Assembly (NCBI GenBank): GCA_002633005.1
Contig: NMRA01000019.1
Location: 1,357,604 to 1,421,603, forward strand
Direction: 5' to 3'
Source: Phoronis australis
Lineage: Eukaryota; Animalia; Phoronida
DNA length: 64,000 nt
Below are positions 50,242 through 63,718 of the stretch, one piece after another. The notes below the pieces were generated by a model, which saw only the letters and a program-made list of their open reading frames with translations, was not told the DNA's origin and made no database searches. A program made the position numbers and the translations under genes. The stretch's first letter is position 1. Each line of letters starts with the position of its first letter.

Positions 50242-53200
50242 TTTTGATGAAAGCTTCTTCTCGTTTCTTAGTGCGATCATGTATTGTATGAGTGGAGACC
50301 ATGGTTCAACAGCTAAACAGGAGCGAACAAAATTAAAGTCATAATATAACTGCAAGGCAAAATGTACTAAATCAACGGAAACAATCTAACTCGGAATGCA
50401 CATCACCAGAAAAACAACTGTACAGGACAAAATCAAAATTCAGACTCGAAAGAAATGAACCAAATTTGTATTGATAGTTTTCACAAATATTTTACATCAC
50501 AGCTAATTGCAGCAAGTAATCCTCCATCAGCACTATGCAAAACAAAGCCAGTAATCAATTACCCATATAGACCAACATAACAGTATAAAGTGGAACTACA
50601 GTCTGTATTCATGGACATAGTAAAACAATGGCAATGTAAAAGCAAAGAGTGCAAATGTTCCATGTTTGTAGCTAACATGTGACTTCAGTAACACAATCCA
50701 TGACTGTCACCTATGTAGTCCACACTCACGAAACACCAAACAAAACAAGATGGTATATGAGCTAGGGTAACATTTCTAGGAAATTAAAAATTGTATTTCC
50801 AGGAATATACTGTACGAATCTTCAGGGTAAGGTAATTTGATGTATTGTGACTTTGCAACCCCTATGTTACAAGTTAGGTGTGGTACCGGCTCTGCTTGAT
50901 AGGTGTAATCGGCTAGTCAGACGACAATGACAAAATACGAGTGTGGACCGTTTATTTATATATCCCTTATGCCCAAGGAACTTTGGAACAGTATTTTACA
51001 GGAATATCATACTGATGTTGCCTTCAAACCGGTATGTACTTTTGCATCAGTGGTTGGTTGATGCTAAGGACGAGACCACACCAGGTTTTTAGTCAAAAGC
51101 CAAAGATTCTAGTTTGGTCAGTAGCATGTGTTAACAGTTTTGAGTACTCGTCGGTGGCCTGCTTGAGTGTGAGAATCTCGATGCATTATGCTCAACGTAA
51201 CAATTATAAGTATTTGGCCACAAGTTAATACTAGTGTAACAACTTGCATAGTATAATAACATATTATTTAAAAATTTAACAACTTATCATATTTTACCAA
51301 CAAGACAAGTCTAGCCTACTCTGATCATATCACCACATGCTCTACACAGATTTAAATCAAACAACAATCTGAGTGGACCAACGTGTCCATATTTCAATAA
51401 GACATGAACAGGACAACAACTCCACATCCAATGTCAAATTCATGACAACTTCCATATAAATATAGATGTAGTTCTGTGATAAAATCTCACCAATTTAGAA
51501 CACAAAATGGCAGACAAACTAAATTCTATTTTTTCAAATTAATACTTTGCCATGTTCAAGTTCTGTACCATAGCTACAATCGTAAAATATGAAAATCTGT
51601 GAGATCTTGAAAGAACGAAAAAAGGATAATTTTAGAAATAATACTTGTCCGAAATTGGAGAGATTTTATGGCAGTGTTTGGTAACAGTTATGTCTCATTA
51701 TGAAGTGACAAATACGCTCAACTCAGGCTGAGTACAGGTCGTTATTACAATTCACACATTAAATGAACAACATACTTGTCACTAACACTACTGCTATAAC
51801 AATACTATAGAGTGAATTGGCGTATAAGAATGCACCCAATGCAGATTTTTAAAAATAAGATCTTTAAAAACTTTAAAAACTTGATGCACTGAAGAACTAT
51901 TGAAATCTTAGAAAACTTTTAAAGGTGAAATGGAATGTTTTGTAGTGTAAAAATACAAAAAGGACATAATTGTAATTAAACAGTAAAAATGTATATTATC
52001 AAGATGATTACCATATGCTTATTAAAGCAACACTTAGTTACAATTTTCTCTCCACACACCAATTGGCTCGCGTACAAATTCATTGCCTTTTCGCTAAGTT
52101 GTATAGCATCTTCCCCAGTCCTATAGACTAACATTAAACTCCTGAGCGAGGTCTTTGTAGTAGCAGAAACAAAAATAAAGTTTGCATTCTGGTATTAGAC
52201 CCAGAATCATTGATATAATTTTTTGGTCTTCCGAGGCTTAAAAATTGAAACAGACAGAATGATTTTGTGGGTGAGAATCCGATCGCAGAAACAATATTGT
52301 TCAACTTCATTTCAGGGTCCCTAGAACACACAGGCATCAATTAACGGTCTTTTACCTGACTTCCTTCTTAGTCCGACCTCATTCTCTCCAAGATATCTGT
52401 CGTTTTCTAGCAACGAAGAAGCACAAAAAGTGACTCGCTACAAGATTAATAGTTGAGCATTTTACCAGAGTGCGGAACACCCGAACACCCGCAATTTGAA
52501 GATTTATTTTTAGCCAGGTTAATGGGAACAGGGCAGGATCGCCGGAAGGATACCGCCCAAATACTACACCCCGCAATGATGTTATATTGGGACGGTAGAT
52601 GAGTTGTTTCTGTAGATTTCAAGAGATGGGACAAATGTTATGTAGCCCGGCTGGCAAGCTATTAAAATCTGAAACTGCCTTACTTGAGGAAAATCACCAT
52701 TTTTATATTCTGTCCTGTTAATGGTCTTCTGCTACATCGATGCCTGAGTAAATAGAACAGAGCAGATAGAGTTTACGACCATTGAGTTTTGCCATATTTA
52801 TTTTGTAGCGGGGTGTTGTCAATATAAATGTACTAGTACGGTATAATTGTGTGCCAGTAAATGCCAGATCCAACTGAATTGAGCCGATTCAGTTTATACT
52901 GTCAGCTGTTATTAATCATGGCCACCAACATGTTTATAGTGCATGGTTCAGTTCGTTAAATAGATACTATAAAAGTTGAAACCACTCTATTTTGCCTTAG
53001 TGTTGATAGAACATAAAATATTACAGACGTTTCTACTTGGTGAACCATCATGCCGTGCCACGGCCAGTCTGGTCTGCTTGACTGTTGTTGGCTAACGAGA
53101 CACTGAATGAAAAAGAAAATGTCGCAAGAGAATAAAACATGTATATCACCATGTATAATTCAAGCATAATTTAAAAAAATATAGTGGTTATATTTCAACC

Positions 53201-53651
53201 TAATTAAACTGAATTATGGTTGTTGAGTTGCCAAAATCTCGCCGGGCGGAAAAGTGGCCGGGCCGCGGTGTGGTGGCAACCAGGCTCGTGCTTCCCAAAG
53301 GATTGCAACACTGTAGGCTGCAAATTGTAAGATAAATTTCACCTCACACACTTAGGTTTAGTTTGGCACAAACTTCTGACAGAAAAATACCCGACATGTC
53401 AACACTGTGCGGGGGGATGTAATGAGCTAAATGCGTGAGTGATCCAGTGGCGGATCTACGATATCACAAGGGGGGGACCAACATTTTGTCTGGCTGTAAG
53501 CATGTGTGCAAACTGAACCAAGATTGTAGATAAGCATAGCACCGTATGGGGGGAGGTCGGGAGGGGGGTTTGCCCCCCTCCCGCTCAGGAAATTTTTCTG
53601 TTTTTACCTCTAAAAATCAAGCATTTTCCTTGATTCCTGAAGTATTATCCA

Positions 53652-54497
53652 NNNNNNNNNNNNNNNNNNNNNNNNNNNNNNNNNNNNNNNNNNNNNNNNN
53701 NNNNNNNNNNNNNNNNNNNNNNNNNNNNNNNNNNNNNNNNNNNNNNNNNNNNNNNNNNNNNNNNNNNNNNNNNNNNNNNNNNNNNNNNNNNNNNNNNNNN
53801 NNNNNNNNNNNNNNNNNNNNNNNNNNNNNNNNNNNNNNNNNNNNNNNNNNNNNNNNNNNNNNNNNNNNNNNNNNNNNNNNNNNNNNNNNNNNNNNNNNNN
53901 NNNNNNNNNNNNNNNNNNNNNNNNNNNNNNNNNNNNNNNNNNNNNNNNNNNNNNNNNNNNNNNNNNNNNNNNNNNNNNNNNNNNNNNNNNNNNNNNNNNN
54001 NNNNNNNNNNNNNNNNNNNNNNNNNNNNNNNNNNNNNNNNNNNNNNNNNNNNNNNNNNNNNNNNNNNNNNNNNNNNNNNNNNNNNNNNNNNNNNNNNNNN
54101 NNNNNNNNNNNNNNNNNNNNNNNNNNNNNNNNNNNNNNNNNNNNNNNNNNNNNNNNNNNNNNNNNNNNNNNNNNNNNNNNNNNNNNNNNNNNNNNNNNNN
54201 NNNNNNNNNNNNNNNNNNNNNNNNNNNNNNNNNNNNNNNNNNNNNNNNNNNNNNNNNNNNNNNNNNNNNNNNNNNNNNNNNNNNNNNNNNNNNNNNNNNN
54301 NNNNNNNNNNNNNNNNNNNNNNNNNNNNNNNNNNNNNNNNNNNNNNNNNNNNNNNNNNNNNNNNNNNNNNNNNNNNNNNNNNNNNNNNNNNNNNNNNNNN
54401 NNNNNNNNNNNNNNNNNNNNNNNNNNNNNNNNNNNNNNNNNNNNNNNNNNNNNNNNNNNNNNNNNNNNNNNNNNNNNNNNNNNNNNNNNNNNNNNNN
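53652..54497. other. Assembly gap (846 N)
   Basis: Run of N. Confidence 1.
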
Positions 54498-55462
54498 TAT
54501 GTGATCAAAGCTCTTTATGCATTTTTGACCGAAAGGATTAATTATGGCATGGTGAAATGATTTATTATATGGAGTTTATCGCGTGAACGTACAAGTACTG
54601 ACCAATAAGTTCGCTCAAAAACTAGACGATTGAAGAGCGAAAATCGGTTCATTATTTGACCAACTTGTCATCTGAATATATATTTTACCCCAGCGTTTAG
54701 GCCGAGCAACCGCAACAGTGTAGATTATTTGAACACTTTCATCTTAATTGTATGTTATAAATAGTTATTACAAAAGGGGTTTTAATTATGGAATGTCGGA
54801 CACAAAGATTTCTTTTCCACACAAATTCGCCACTCATCAGGACATACACTGTCTGGTTCATGAACTCTCGTGACCTGTGGCTACAGTCAGCAGCAGCAAA
54901 ATGTAGGTCAAGGTGCTTGGTCAAGATTCTCTGGCACCATAGACTATAGATAGGGACTGCCAACTCCCGTTAGAGCGCGTTGCGCATGTCGCGGGCCACG
55001 GGACATAAGCACTAACGATGAGAGGGCGCTGCACACGCAGGATAGAAAACTTCCGGTTTTATGGAGCGGTCGTTCCCTCGTTTCAAGATTTGGTAAAGTA
55101 ATGAGTCGAATTGCTTGATTTTTTGGAGTGTTTAAGACTTGTAAAAATAAAATGCGTAAACTGTTCTCTGTCATGTCATTTAAAACATTCACAAGATAAT
55201 TCAGACATGTTATGAGTTATTAACGCCAGAAACGTCTTCAGCTGATTTTCCCGTGTTTATCATTTACACTGACTTACGCAGTCGCATCAGCTGATTTTTT
55301 TGTTGCAAGTAGTATTGATGTTTGTTTAAATTGAGTACCGTACGAATCGGCTCATAATCATGAATGAATTTGCAACAATGTTACACAATAAATATTTGTA
55401 ATTCACACACAGTTTGTTCCAGGGGGAAGGGCCAAAGGCTAACTGACATTGACACATCATTT

Positions 55463-55522
55463 GCAAAACTTGAGTGTCAAAAACTTGTGTGCCAAAAACT
55501 TGTATGTCAAAAACTTGCTGTC
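55463..55522 (+). repeat. 15-bp tandem repeat, about 4 copies
   Basis: CAAAAACTTGTGTGT-like units. Confidence 0.8.
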
Positions 55523-57912
55523 ACTACTATCATAGGCCAAAAGTACATTGTAAGGCAACTTCTAAACATAACTACGATTATGCAAAATTGGTTCGATACA
55601 TGACACTTGTTGCTGTTAACGATTCCATTCCGTTCGTATCGTCAAAACATTGGTAAAGAAACTGACCAAGAGACGACAAACTATATTTCGAAAATACNGA
55701 CAAATGGAGGGGGTAACAAGAATGTCGCGCTAACAAGTGCAGCATGACCCTGTTTGCTGCTCATTCAAAATGGGCTTCGTGAATGTAATCAAAAAGGAAT
55801 CTCAATATTTTCAATAGCAGCACATCATGCTCTGCATGTCGACTGAGTTGACATATTCTCCACAGTTTCTTGGCAAGTGATACTTATGATTATGAAGGTG
55901 GGCATGCTCATTAAGACCTAATGTCTATTTCTCTGTTTCACTGTCTGAATATCCTCTAAATGTCACAAATACATAGAATATCTATAAAGTAATATGGAAC
56001 GAAGAGTTGTATCTGGAACGTGATTTTGTGAAAGTGAACTTTTCCCCCAGGACTCTTCTATGGCTTTTTAACAAAAAACTGAGCTAATCTTCAGTATCGC
56101 ATTGAACATGTCAATGTTTAATTGCCACAACAGAATCAGTGCCACTATTGAGTAGTGGAGATAACCAGCGATTGAATTGAAAACGTCAAAATTTGGAACG
56201 ACCAGTTGGCACTGTAATTTTCTTTAGCGTTTTGTGACCCCAACAGATATTCAATGTTCGAAAGGAAACTTGTATAGTATATTTTTTATAAATTAAGTTT
56301 TTGCACTTTATACACAGTGAAGGGAATTCAGTTTTAAGTGTTATATTTTTGCCTGCAGAAGAAAAAAGTTATAACATGAAATGAAACCACCAACTGAAAC
56401 AAAATACCACAAAATTTGAAATAGAGAACATAAGAGGTAAAGACTCGGGTTATGAAAGGTGTTCTGTCAGCCTTATTTTTAGTGGTTATCAGATAGCACA
56501 GAACACACAAAATAGACATTTTTCATTTTTTTATTTTCCCAGTTCCAATGAGTAAGTAACAGGGGTCTGGGATTCCCCTGCATTACTTAACAATTGGTAA
56601 GTGAAAAATGACAACACGAATATGCAATGGGATTTTTACAATAACAAACAGGAAAAAAACATAACAACATTACATTAAGTGTTGCATACATTTCTGAGAA
56701 CGAATACAAAAACACCCTTTGCATACTATGTTTTACAAAACAGAGCTGTCAGAGCAAAGCAAAATACAAATTTCACCAGAAACACTTCAATAGTCTAAAA
56801 TGGATGGTAACTTTAGCCATTTATATATATTTTTGAAATATATTTTCGAGTTTTTTAATTTTTGAAGCCTCAAAAATAGCCTTTTTTTCAGCAAATAGCA
56901 CCCAAAATGTTCAGGCCACAAAAATATCAAGTTTAGACAACTATATTTGGGAATCCATAGCTTACTGTGTTGCTAAAACAAGATAGAATCCTTTCATGTA
57001 GGTTAACAACATATCGTCACCAAACCACTTTTAAAATGACAAAACACTTCAAGAATTACCATGGTTCGGTGAAAATATTTCTTTTGTTCCAAAATATTTC
57101 AAAACAATTCTATAAATGAAATTGGTGTAACAAATGATTTCAAAAATAGCAAAAACCAGAAACCTAGTTGTTTCAGAGTATTTCGTCATTTATTCAAAAA
57201 TCTTTGAGGTTATACGAATTATTCTTTTTTCCCCAAGTGAGATCAATGTTTTCACAATCTTAAGTTACGCGCCATATGATCAAAATGATCATGTGCATTT
57301 TTAATTAAACAAAATTAAATTGGACAATAAAATTTCAATGAAATTTAAATCAATTTCATTCCTGTCAAATAATATAAGAATTGAGAGGCGTTGTGTTAGT
57401 GACCATCCAAAAAGAGCATACTCGTATTCTAAACGGTTTTGATGTACTGCAGCCTTGAATAAACAATTATTTTAATGCAAAATATAATTTTTTAAAAATG
57501 AAACTGATCACAGCACCACAAGGTAGAAAACATGTTACAAAATTATTTTTGAAGAAAATAGACTGAATCTATCCCCAAAACTGAAGTTAAATTGAATTTT
57601 AAAAATATTCTGTAATGTTATAATGAAAATATTTCACCAATTTGGGTCACTTTATGTAATTTAGGGAAGTTTTGACTGGTTCTGTTCAATCCATTTGACC
57701 AATCAGATTTGAGTTCAGTTTTAACCCTGGAAAGGTCTGCATGGTTCTTGGAAATGACTGAATTTACCTTTTTTTGGAAGAGTACACTTGCAGGATTTTT
57801 CCAGGTTAGAAAATGAAAAGGCACTAAATTAAAAGAAAACTACATTTTCCCATACTTTTATAAAAAAAAAAACAAATAAAAGTGTACACAGATGTTTTTA
57901 GCAGTTTGACAT

Positions 57913-58071
57913 CAATATCGGATTTAGAGGGGGGCCAAGAGGGCTACACCCCCCCTCCTAAAATTCCCCCAGATTCCATTTGGCAGATCGGGAGTGCCAA
58001 TGTCTGAATGACAAAATCCTGGCTAATACTCTGCTCTGGTCCCCCTAACACAAAATCCTGGATCCGCCCCT
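57913..58071 (-). mobile_element. CAGGGGCGGATCC-type MITE, copy 2
   Basis: Reverse-complement homologue of 29430-29578. Confidence 0.65.
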
Positions 58072-60685
58072 GGATATACATATCATTAAAATCGGTTCAG
58101 TAACGGCCATTTAGGAAACTGAAAATTTATCCCCTTCTCAAGTGCCGCAGTACTTCGATTTTTAAAATATTCATGAATGCCCCCATTTGTTGAAACGGAT
58201 ATCAATATAAAGAAGAAAGTTTAAATAGTTCGATGGCATACTTTTCATTTTCCACCACTTTTCATCATGCTAATATATATGAGCTTCTGAAAATCATGAA
58301 AAATGGCAAAATTTCGCTCTTGCTGAATTTTTGATATATGGTAAACCATGGCTTATGTATTGTAAACATAGTGACGAATGAGAAACTGCATTTAGGTCGA
58401 TCCAAAATTCATACAAAATCACAAAATTCAAACTAAATTTCATCGTAAATGACTGAGAATTCAACTGGTGAAAAGAATTATCCGTTTAGCTCAACCTTTT
58501 CATTGGGCCAAACTCCTCGATTTGCGTGTGCTTGTGCTGAGGACGCCTGTGGTTGAACTGTGTCAGCAAGCGGGCCGATCAACAACTTGTCAAGTTAATT
58601 CCGACACGTTTCGTACCAATAATCCGATTTAAATGGCTCGCATACGCGATTTAGTTTGCATCAAACACAACAATTTAATTTCAAACTCAAAAATTTGCTT
58701 GTCGTGCGTGAAATAAAAACGAAAGTTCACCTTCGTTACTATGCTTAGCCATGAGACCGGAAGTTTTGAATCCTGCTCACGTACTTTTGCGTTAGGCCGC
58801 GAGACTTCACGAAGTCGCGAATCTCTTTACTAATATCTATGATAACACGACGTAAAAAGCTTGTATTTCACGGAAAAAGCATACGGCATTACTAATTACC
58901 ATTCTGTGAAAACTAGTCTTGCTTATTACAAAAAAGTGTCACATGAGTTGTGGCTGGCATGCGTGCTTTGTCTAAATGACAGGTGGAGTCGTTGTTTGTT
59001 TAAGTGAAGACTGAGGACGCTACTATGAGCCGAATCTGCCTTACTGTGTTGTTATCTTCGTTGTGCAAACAACAGGCATAGAAGGGGGAGGACAACCAAA
59101 GGGGCTATGGCCCTCAGTTCAATGCCAAAAATCTTCAACTCGGCCAAACTTTGTTGTAATTTTGCGTTCATATTGCAATGTCCCTACAGGTTGCAACAAG
59201 TTTTAGTCTTCACCGGTCCCCAGAAGTTTGGCGTTTGCATCGCCTCCCCCGATCACCCAGTTGTTAAATGTTTCTGATAGTGCGATCATCAACGGTAAAA
59301 AAAGCAAATATTCAAGGTCAATTGAAAACAATTCACGAAAGATAATTTTATCAAAAGCTCAGTTTATGACAGACACCAGGACAATCAAGTTGTACACAAG
59401 TAGGCCTAATAATAACGGTGTGGGCTTCATAGCAAACATACCGAGCGACTGACTCTGCGGTGTAGCAAGGGGGTTCAGGTGTCCCCTTGCGTCTGCCGAA
59501 AGGGGGTGCCAAACAATTGTAGTCCAGTGAGAGCACCAAGCATCTATTAACTGGAGGTTACAGAGCTACCAACAGGGGGTGGGGAGCGCCACTTCGACTG
59601 GTGCAAGGAGGGGCTCGCTACGTCACTGGACACTTGATCTTGTGGCTCTTGAAGTCGAGGGTTCACTTGGTACATGTAGTTTTACCCATTCCGATGTTGA
59701 AAGTGTAGCCTCAGTTCGAACTGCTGTTGTAGGTATAGCTTCAGGATCAACTGATGTTTCAGATTCTGCAGGTACCACATCCAGATCCACGGCCACCTAA
59801 TAATGATAATTACTGCATTCCGTTAATAAGTAAAAAAATAGACCGGTGTTTTGTAACAGGCCCTGAATATTACATTTTGTACTGATTCTAGTGTGTATTG
59901 TAGATTTTAATGTCACCACCATTCTGTCTTATTTCATCAAACCTAGCTAACTGGTTCTAACATTAATCCTGATGGGCAACGCGTTAAATAAAACATTGGA
60001 AGCAGGAATGGCAATAGAACCAAGGAGACATTGCAATCGAGGAAACTAAATAAAGACATGTACGGTTTAGATCAAAACTGTACAAACTGTAACCAAAATC
60101 AAAGTTAGATTCGAGAATCACAACTTAATGGTCTGATTAAAATCATTAAGTCTGACTGAGCTCTCCGTATTTGGCTCAGTTGTGAATACAGCGAACTTCA
60201 ACTGAAAGCCATGGGTTTTAGCAGATTCGGTGCTGCAACCAGACTTATGTACATGTACTAAGTGTTTTGGTAACCTAGGCTATAGTAGTGGGTCTTTGGC
60301 TCTGGTAAGTTGAGTTGCTAAATCTGTATTCATAAACTCTGAGCAACAGCTTTCACATCCGTGGCGAACCTAGATTTAATCATAAAAGTCAACAATACTT
60401 TCTACATTCTGGTTGACCTAAGCTTCAAACGACCTCTGTGGCAGAAGTGATGCATGGCACATGACCTGAACAGCTTCGCTTGATGACTCAGCTGTATGAA
60501 TGGCTATCAGCCACAGCTGAGAAATAACCTGTGCTGTACTTAAGTCTAATTGAAGTAGTTGAAAGTTAAAGACACTCGCACTACAGAAATTGCAGCCCAA
60601 TGAGCCTGCCAAATAATCCCTTTTCAATATAGCTGTTTGGTTATAAACTTAAACGACCGGATTCGGTCAAGCACGCCTGCTGAAA

Positions 60686-61201
60686 CAACTTCAGTAATGT
60701 CTCTCCAAACTGTAAATGTGGTGACCATCAATCTTATCCTCATATTTTCTTCAAATGTCCCCTCATCGAATCCCTGAGAGACTCACTCTTTCGTGCACTC
60801 AATGATAACCAATCAATTGTTAACGCTCTCAATTCTTGTAATAATATCCCTACTAGAGTTACATTATTACTGAATGGTAGTCCTAACCTTGACTTTGTTC
60901 TCAACAAATTCCTCCTAAGCAACGTTAGCAAATTTTTATGTACCGTTTATCAATATTGTTGCATCTGATTTCCCTACTTGAATCTGTAAATATTTTTGTT
61001 TTTATATACATGTATCTGTAATAGCATGTCTAAGTATTGGAATACTTATTTTAGATACTACTTAATTGTATATACCTCTATGTATATAAGTTTCATTTAT
61101 GAATTGTTTACAACCCAGATATAATGCTTCGCGGTTTCTGGGTTTGTTATTATTTCTTTGTATGTTCTGTGTATCCTTCAATAAACATATATCACAGTGA
61201 A
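60686..61201 (+). mobile_element. 5'-truncated non-LTR retrotransposon (CR1/L2-like ORF2 C-terminus plus 3' UTR)
   Basis: 13-bp TSD ACGCCTGCTGAAA (60673-60685, 61202-61214); stop-free 93-codon frame 60687-60968 with CKCGDHQSYPHIFFKCP and LLLNG...N motifs; 3' stem-loop ACCCAGA...TCTGGGT and AATAAA. Confidence 0.85.
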
Positions 61202-62387
61202 ACGCCTGCTGAAATCTGGAGTGTCATCCGGAAGGTAGTGCCATTTGGGCGAGATGTCTGCGTATTGAAACTGAACTGTAATTCAACATTCAGCGCTGCC
61301 AACTAATCACTTGAATGGCGTGATGGAATCAACGTTAAAGACTCCACTTCCGCTTCATTTTGCTTAAAACTTATTTACAACAACTGTTCTTTCAACATGA
61401 CATTTTTTTCAAATTAATCAGAGAATTTATAAGTAGTTTCTCAATTTTCTAGTCGTGCAACAACAAAATAGTCGCTACGGTTGGATGCTTCTGAACTAGT
61501 GAAAATAAACGTCTCAGGTTAACTTGTGAAACACTCGTCTATCGCTGGTGTAATTTTGCACGTCCCACTTGGTTTCACATTTTGCGCGTGAAACTTGCTG
61601 TACGAAACGCACCCTTGTTCATTGTCGCTTCTGCACCCACAATATACGGTACAAAGTAACTTCCGCACTGAACAGAGAGGAATTCCGTGCGGATTAGTCT
61701 TTACATGAACCGAAAAAAATTGCCCCTTTTACATGTACCTTATCAGCACGCAGCTGACCCACGTAAACTGATAAGGTACCAAGTGGGAGACCATCCTGGT
61801 AAGGAGCCTGAGTGCACGCGCAGTGAGAAATTATCCATTTGGTAAGTGTTGAAGTTAAAATAGTGTTGTGGTAGCTTGTATGTATAAGGCTAACAGTGAA
61901 TTTTACGTGAAAATTACGTGTAATGAGAGTTGCTCCAACGTCGATTTCTTACAGTTTTTCAGGCAACATAGCAATTCGAATGTCACATGGACGTGTCTGA
62001 CGTCTTCAAGGGGAGGGGAAAAGCCGCCACCGGCATGTCGTTTTAGGGCCGTAGGTTGATACTTTCCTAAGAAAACTGTGATTGGGCCCCTCTCTCGTAG
62101 ATTCGTGATCCGGTACTGTGCGAATGAGTTGGCCTATGTAGAGGGAAAGTGGCTTTAGTAAATACAGATCAACAGTTTGAAACATGCATATATCGGAGAG
62201 CCAATGTAGCATTAAATGGCCCTATGAAAAAGTAACCCCACACTCATTTTTACTATTAAAATGATCTCGGGTAGTTTTAAGGGAATGTCAACAATTGCCA
62301 ACCGTGATAGATGAACCTATTACCTTCCAAAACATATTACCTGTCATCAGTCCAGCGATTCCTTTAACCAACTACTAAAGCAAGTAT

Positions 62388-62463
62388 GGGCCCCCATGGA
62401 AAGCAGTGTAAACTGATGGGGCTACCCTCATTGTAAATATTACATTAATAAATAAATAAATAA
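62388..62463 (+). mobile_element. Extreme 3' end of a LINE/SINE with (TAAA)n tail, copy 2
   Basis: Same core as 24151-24216, with a GCCCC...GGGGC stem and TAAA tail. Confidence 0.6.
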
Positions 62464-62946
62464 GTTGGATTATTTGTCCTCCCTCGTTATTAGCAGCGAT
62501 TGGGTAAAGATGCTCGAGAGAGAGGAATGGCGTGCTGGTGTTGGGGCAGAGCTAGTCTCTTAGCCAGCAAAGAAAGATGACCGTGAGACACGAAAAGTGG
62601 TGCTGAATTGGGGGGAATTGCGTGTGTAATAGAAAAATTTTGTACGTGGGCAGACACCAGCGGCACACGGACGAGGACATTTGTGTCACTTGCTCTTAAT
62701 CCTCAAAAACTTTACTGCGTATATTTGGCAATCGTACTTCGACTTAATAGATGAAAAGTCCTACATGCATATACTTTTATTACTCAGATTTATAATCCAT
62801 TCCCGAGGTATTTTGTTATCCATCTACAGTGCTAATTTATTCAGTTGAGCCAGAAGTCACATGAGGGCAGTGTTAATACTACGCATGCGCTTTTGTTAAC
62901 GCACGGTTTAGCGCCAAAAACGCTGGTGCGCGCGTACTCAGTTTAA

Positions 62947-63718
62947 GGATCGCGTACTCGAAACCGCGGACCCGTGTATTCTACAACTGACCTATCACCA
63001 GCATTATGACTGACGGCTTAACTGTCCAATCAGAACGCAGCATTCTTGACACACCTTCCTCTGCGTTTCCAAGCCACCATTTTACTCGACAAACAACACG
63101 TTGTTGTGTAAAACCTATTTCAGTCCATACCTCAAGAAATTGTGCGATAAGGATGGGGAAACGGTGTTGACATGGTGTGTGTAATTCCGAAAGCCGTTAT
63201 GCTGGACATTTAAACCGAAAAGTGATCTCGAAAGGTGTAAACGATCATGATCAAACTGTGTGAACGGCCACACGAGCAGCTGAACTTTGCAATATTGCTT
63301 GATTACTCGGTTACAATAAACACAAATGTACTTGTTCCAAGATGCGCACTTTTCATTTTTTTGGCTGTAATGTAGGACTATCTCAGATTTTGACTCCGGA
63401 GTTTCACTCGTCTGGCCGCCCTTGTCTCGGCACCGGCTGGATCTCAGCACTAGTAGGCTAGCGGTAGTCCCCGGAAATTGCTGTTTTAAGAACACCTGTA
63501 TTATTTTTCATTTATTTAGACCTAATGGACATCGTTTTGTTTCGTAGCAGAGGCACATTTTTGTTATTCATATAATCGTAAGCTGACGTTCAACTGAACT
63601 TCTCTCCCAAATTGAGGGGCACCGGATTACTTAACTCAAAGCCTTGCTCGAGCTGTTGTCACGAAAAAATAAACTGTTGAATTATTTTTGATGAGAACCT
63701 CTAGTACACAATTCGCCT
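62947..63718 (+). mobile_element. Kolobok-like element with a decayed THAP-domain remnant (63153-63341)
   Basis: Flanked by TTAA. Right end reads AGGCGAATTGTGTACTAGA on the minus strand; left end reads GGATCGCGTACTCGA. Broken frames give MGKRC*HGVCNSESRY / FKPKSDLERCKR / IKLCERPHEQLN / NKHKCTCSK. Confidence 0.55.

Noticed and set aside
52356-52406. 51-nt minus-strand segment with acceptor and donor (NDRYLGENEVGLRRKS)
   Set aside because: No partner exons or homology found; such sites arise by chance in 64 kb.
53546-54541. The two longest ORFs in the track (331 aa and 287 aa)
   Set aside because: Almost entirely N-gap translated as X.
63115-63495. 126-aa minus-strand ORF as a gene
   Set aside because: No recognisable domain; it is antisense to the decayed THAP remnant in a transposon.
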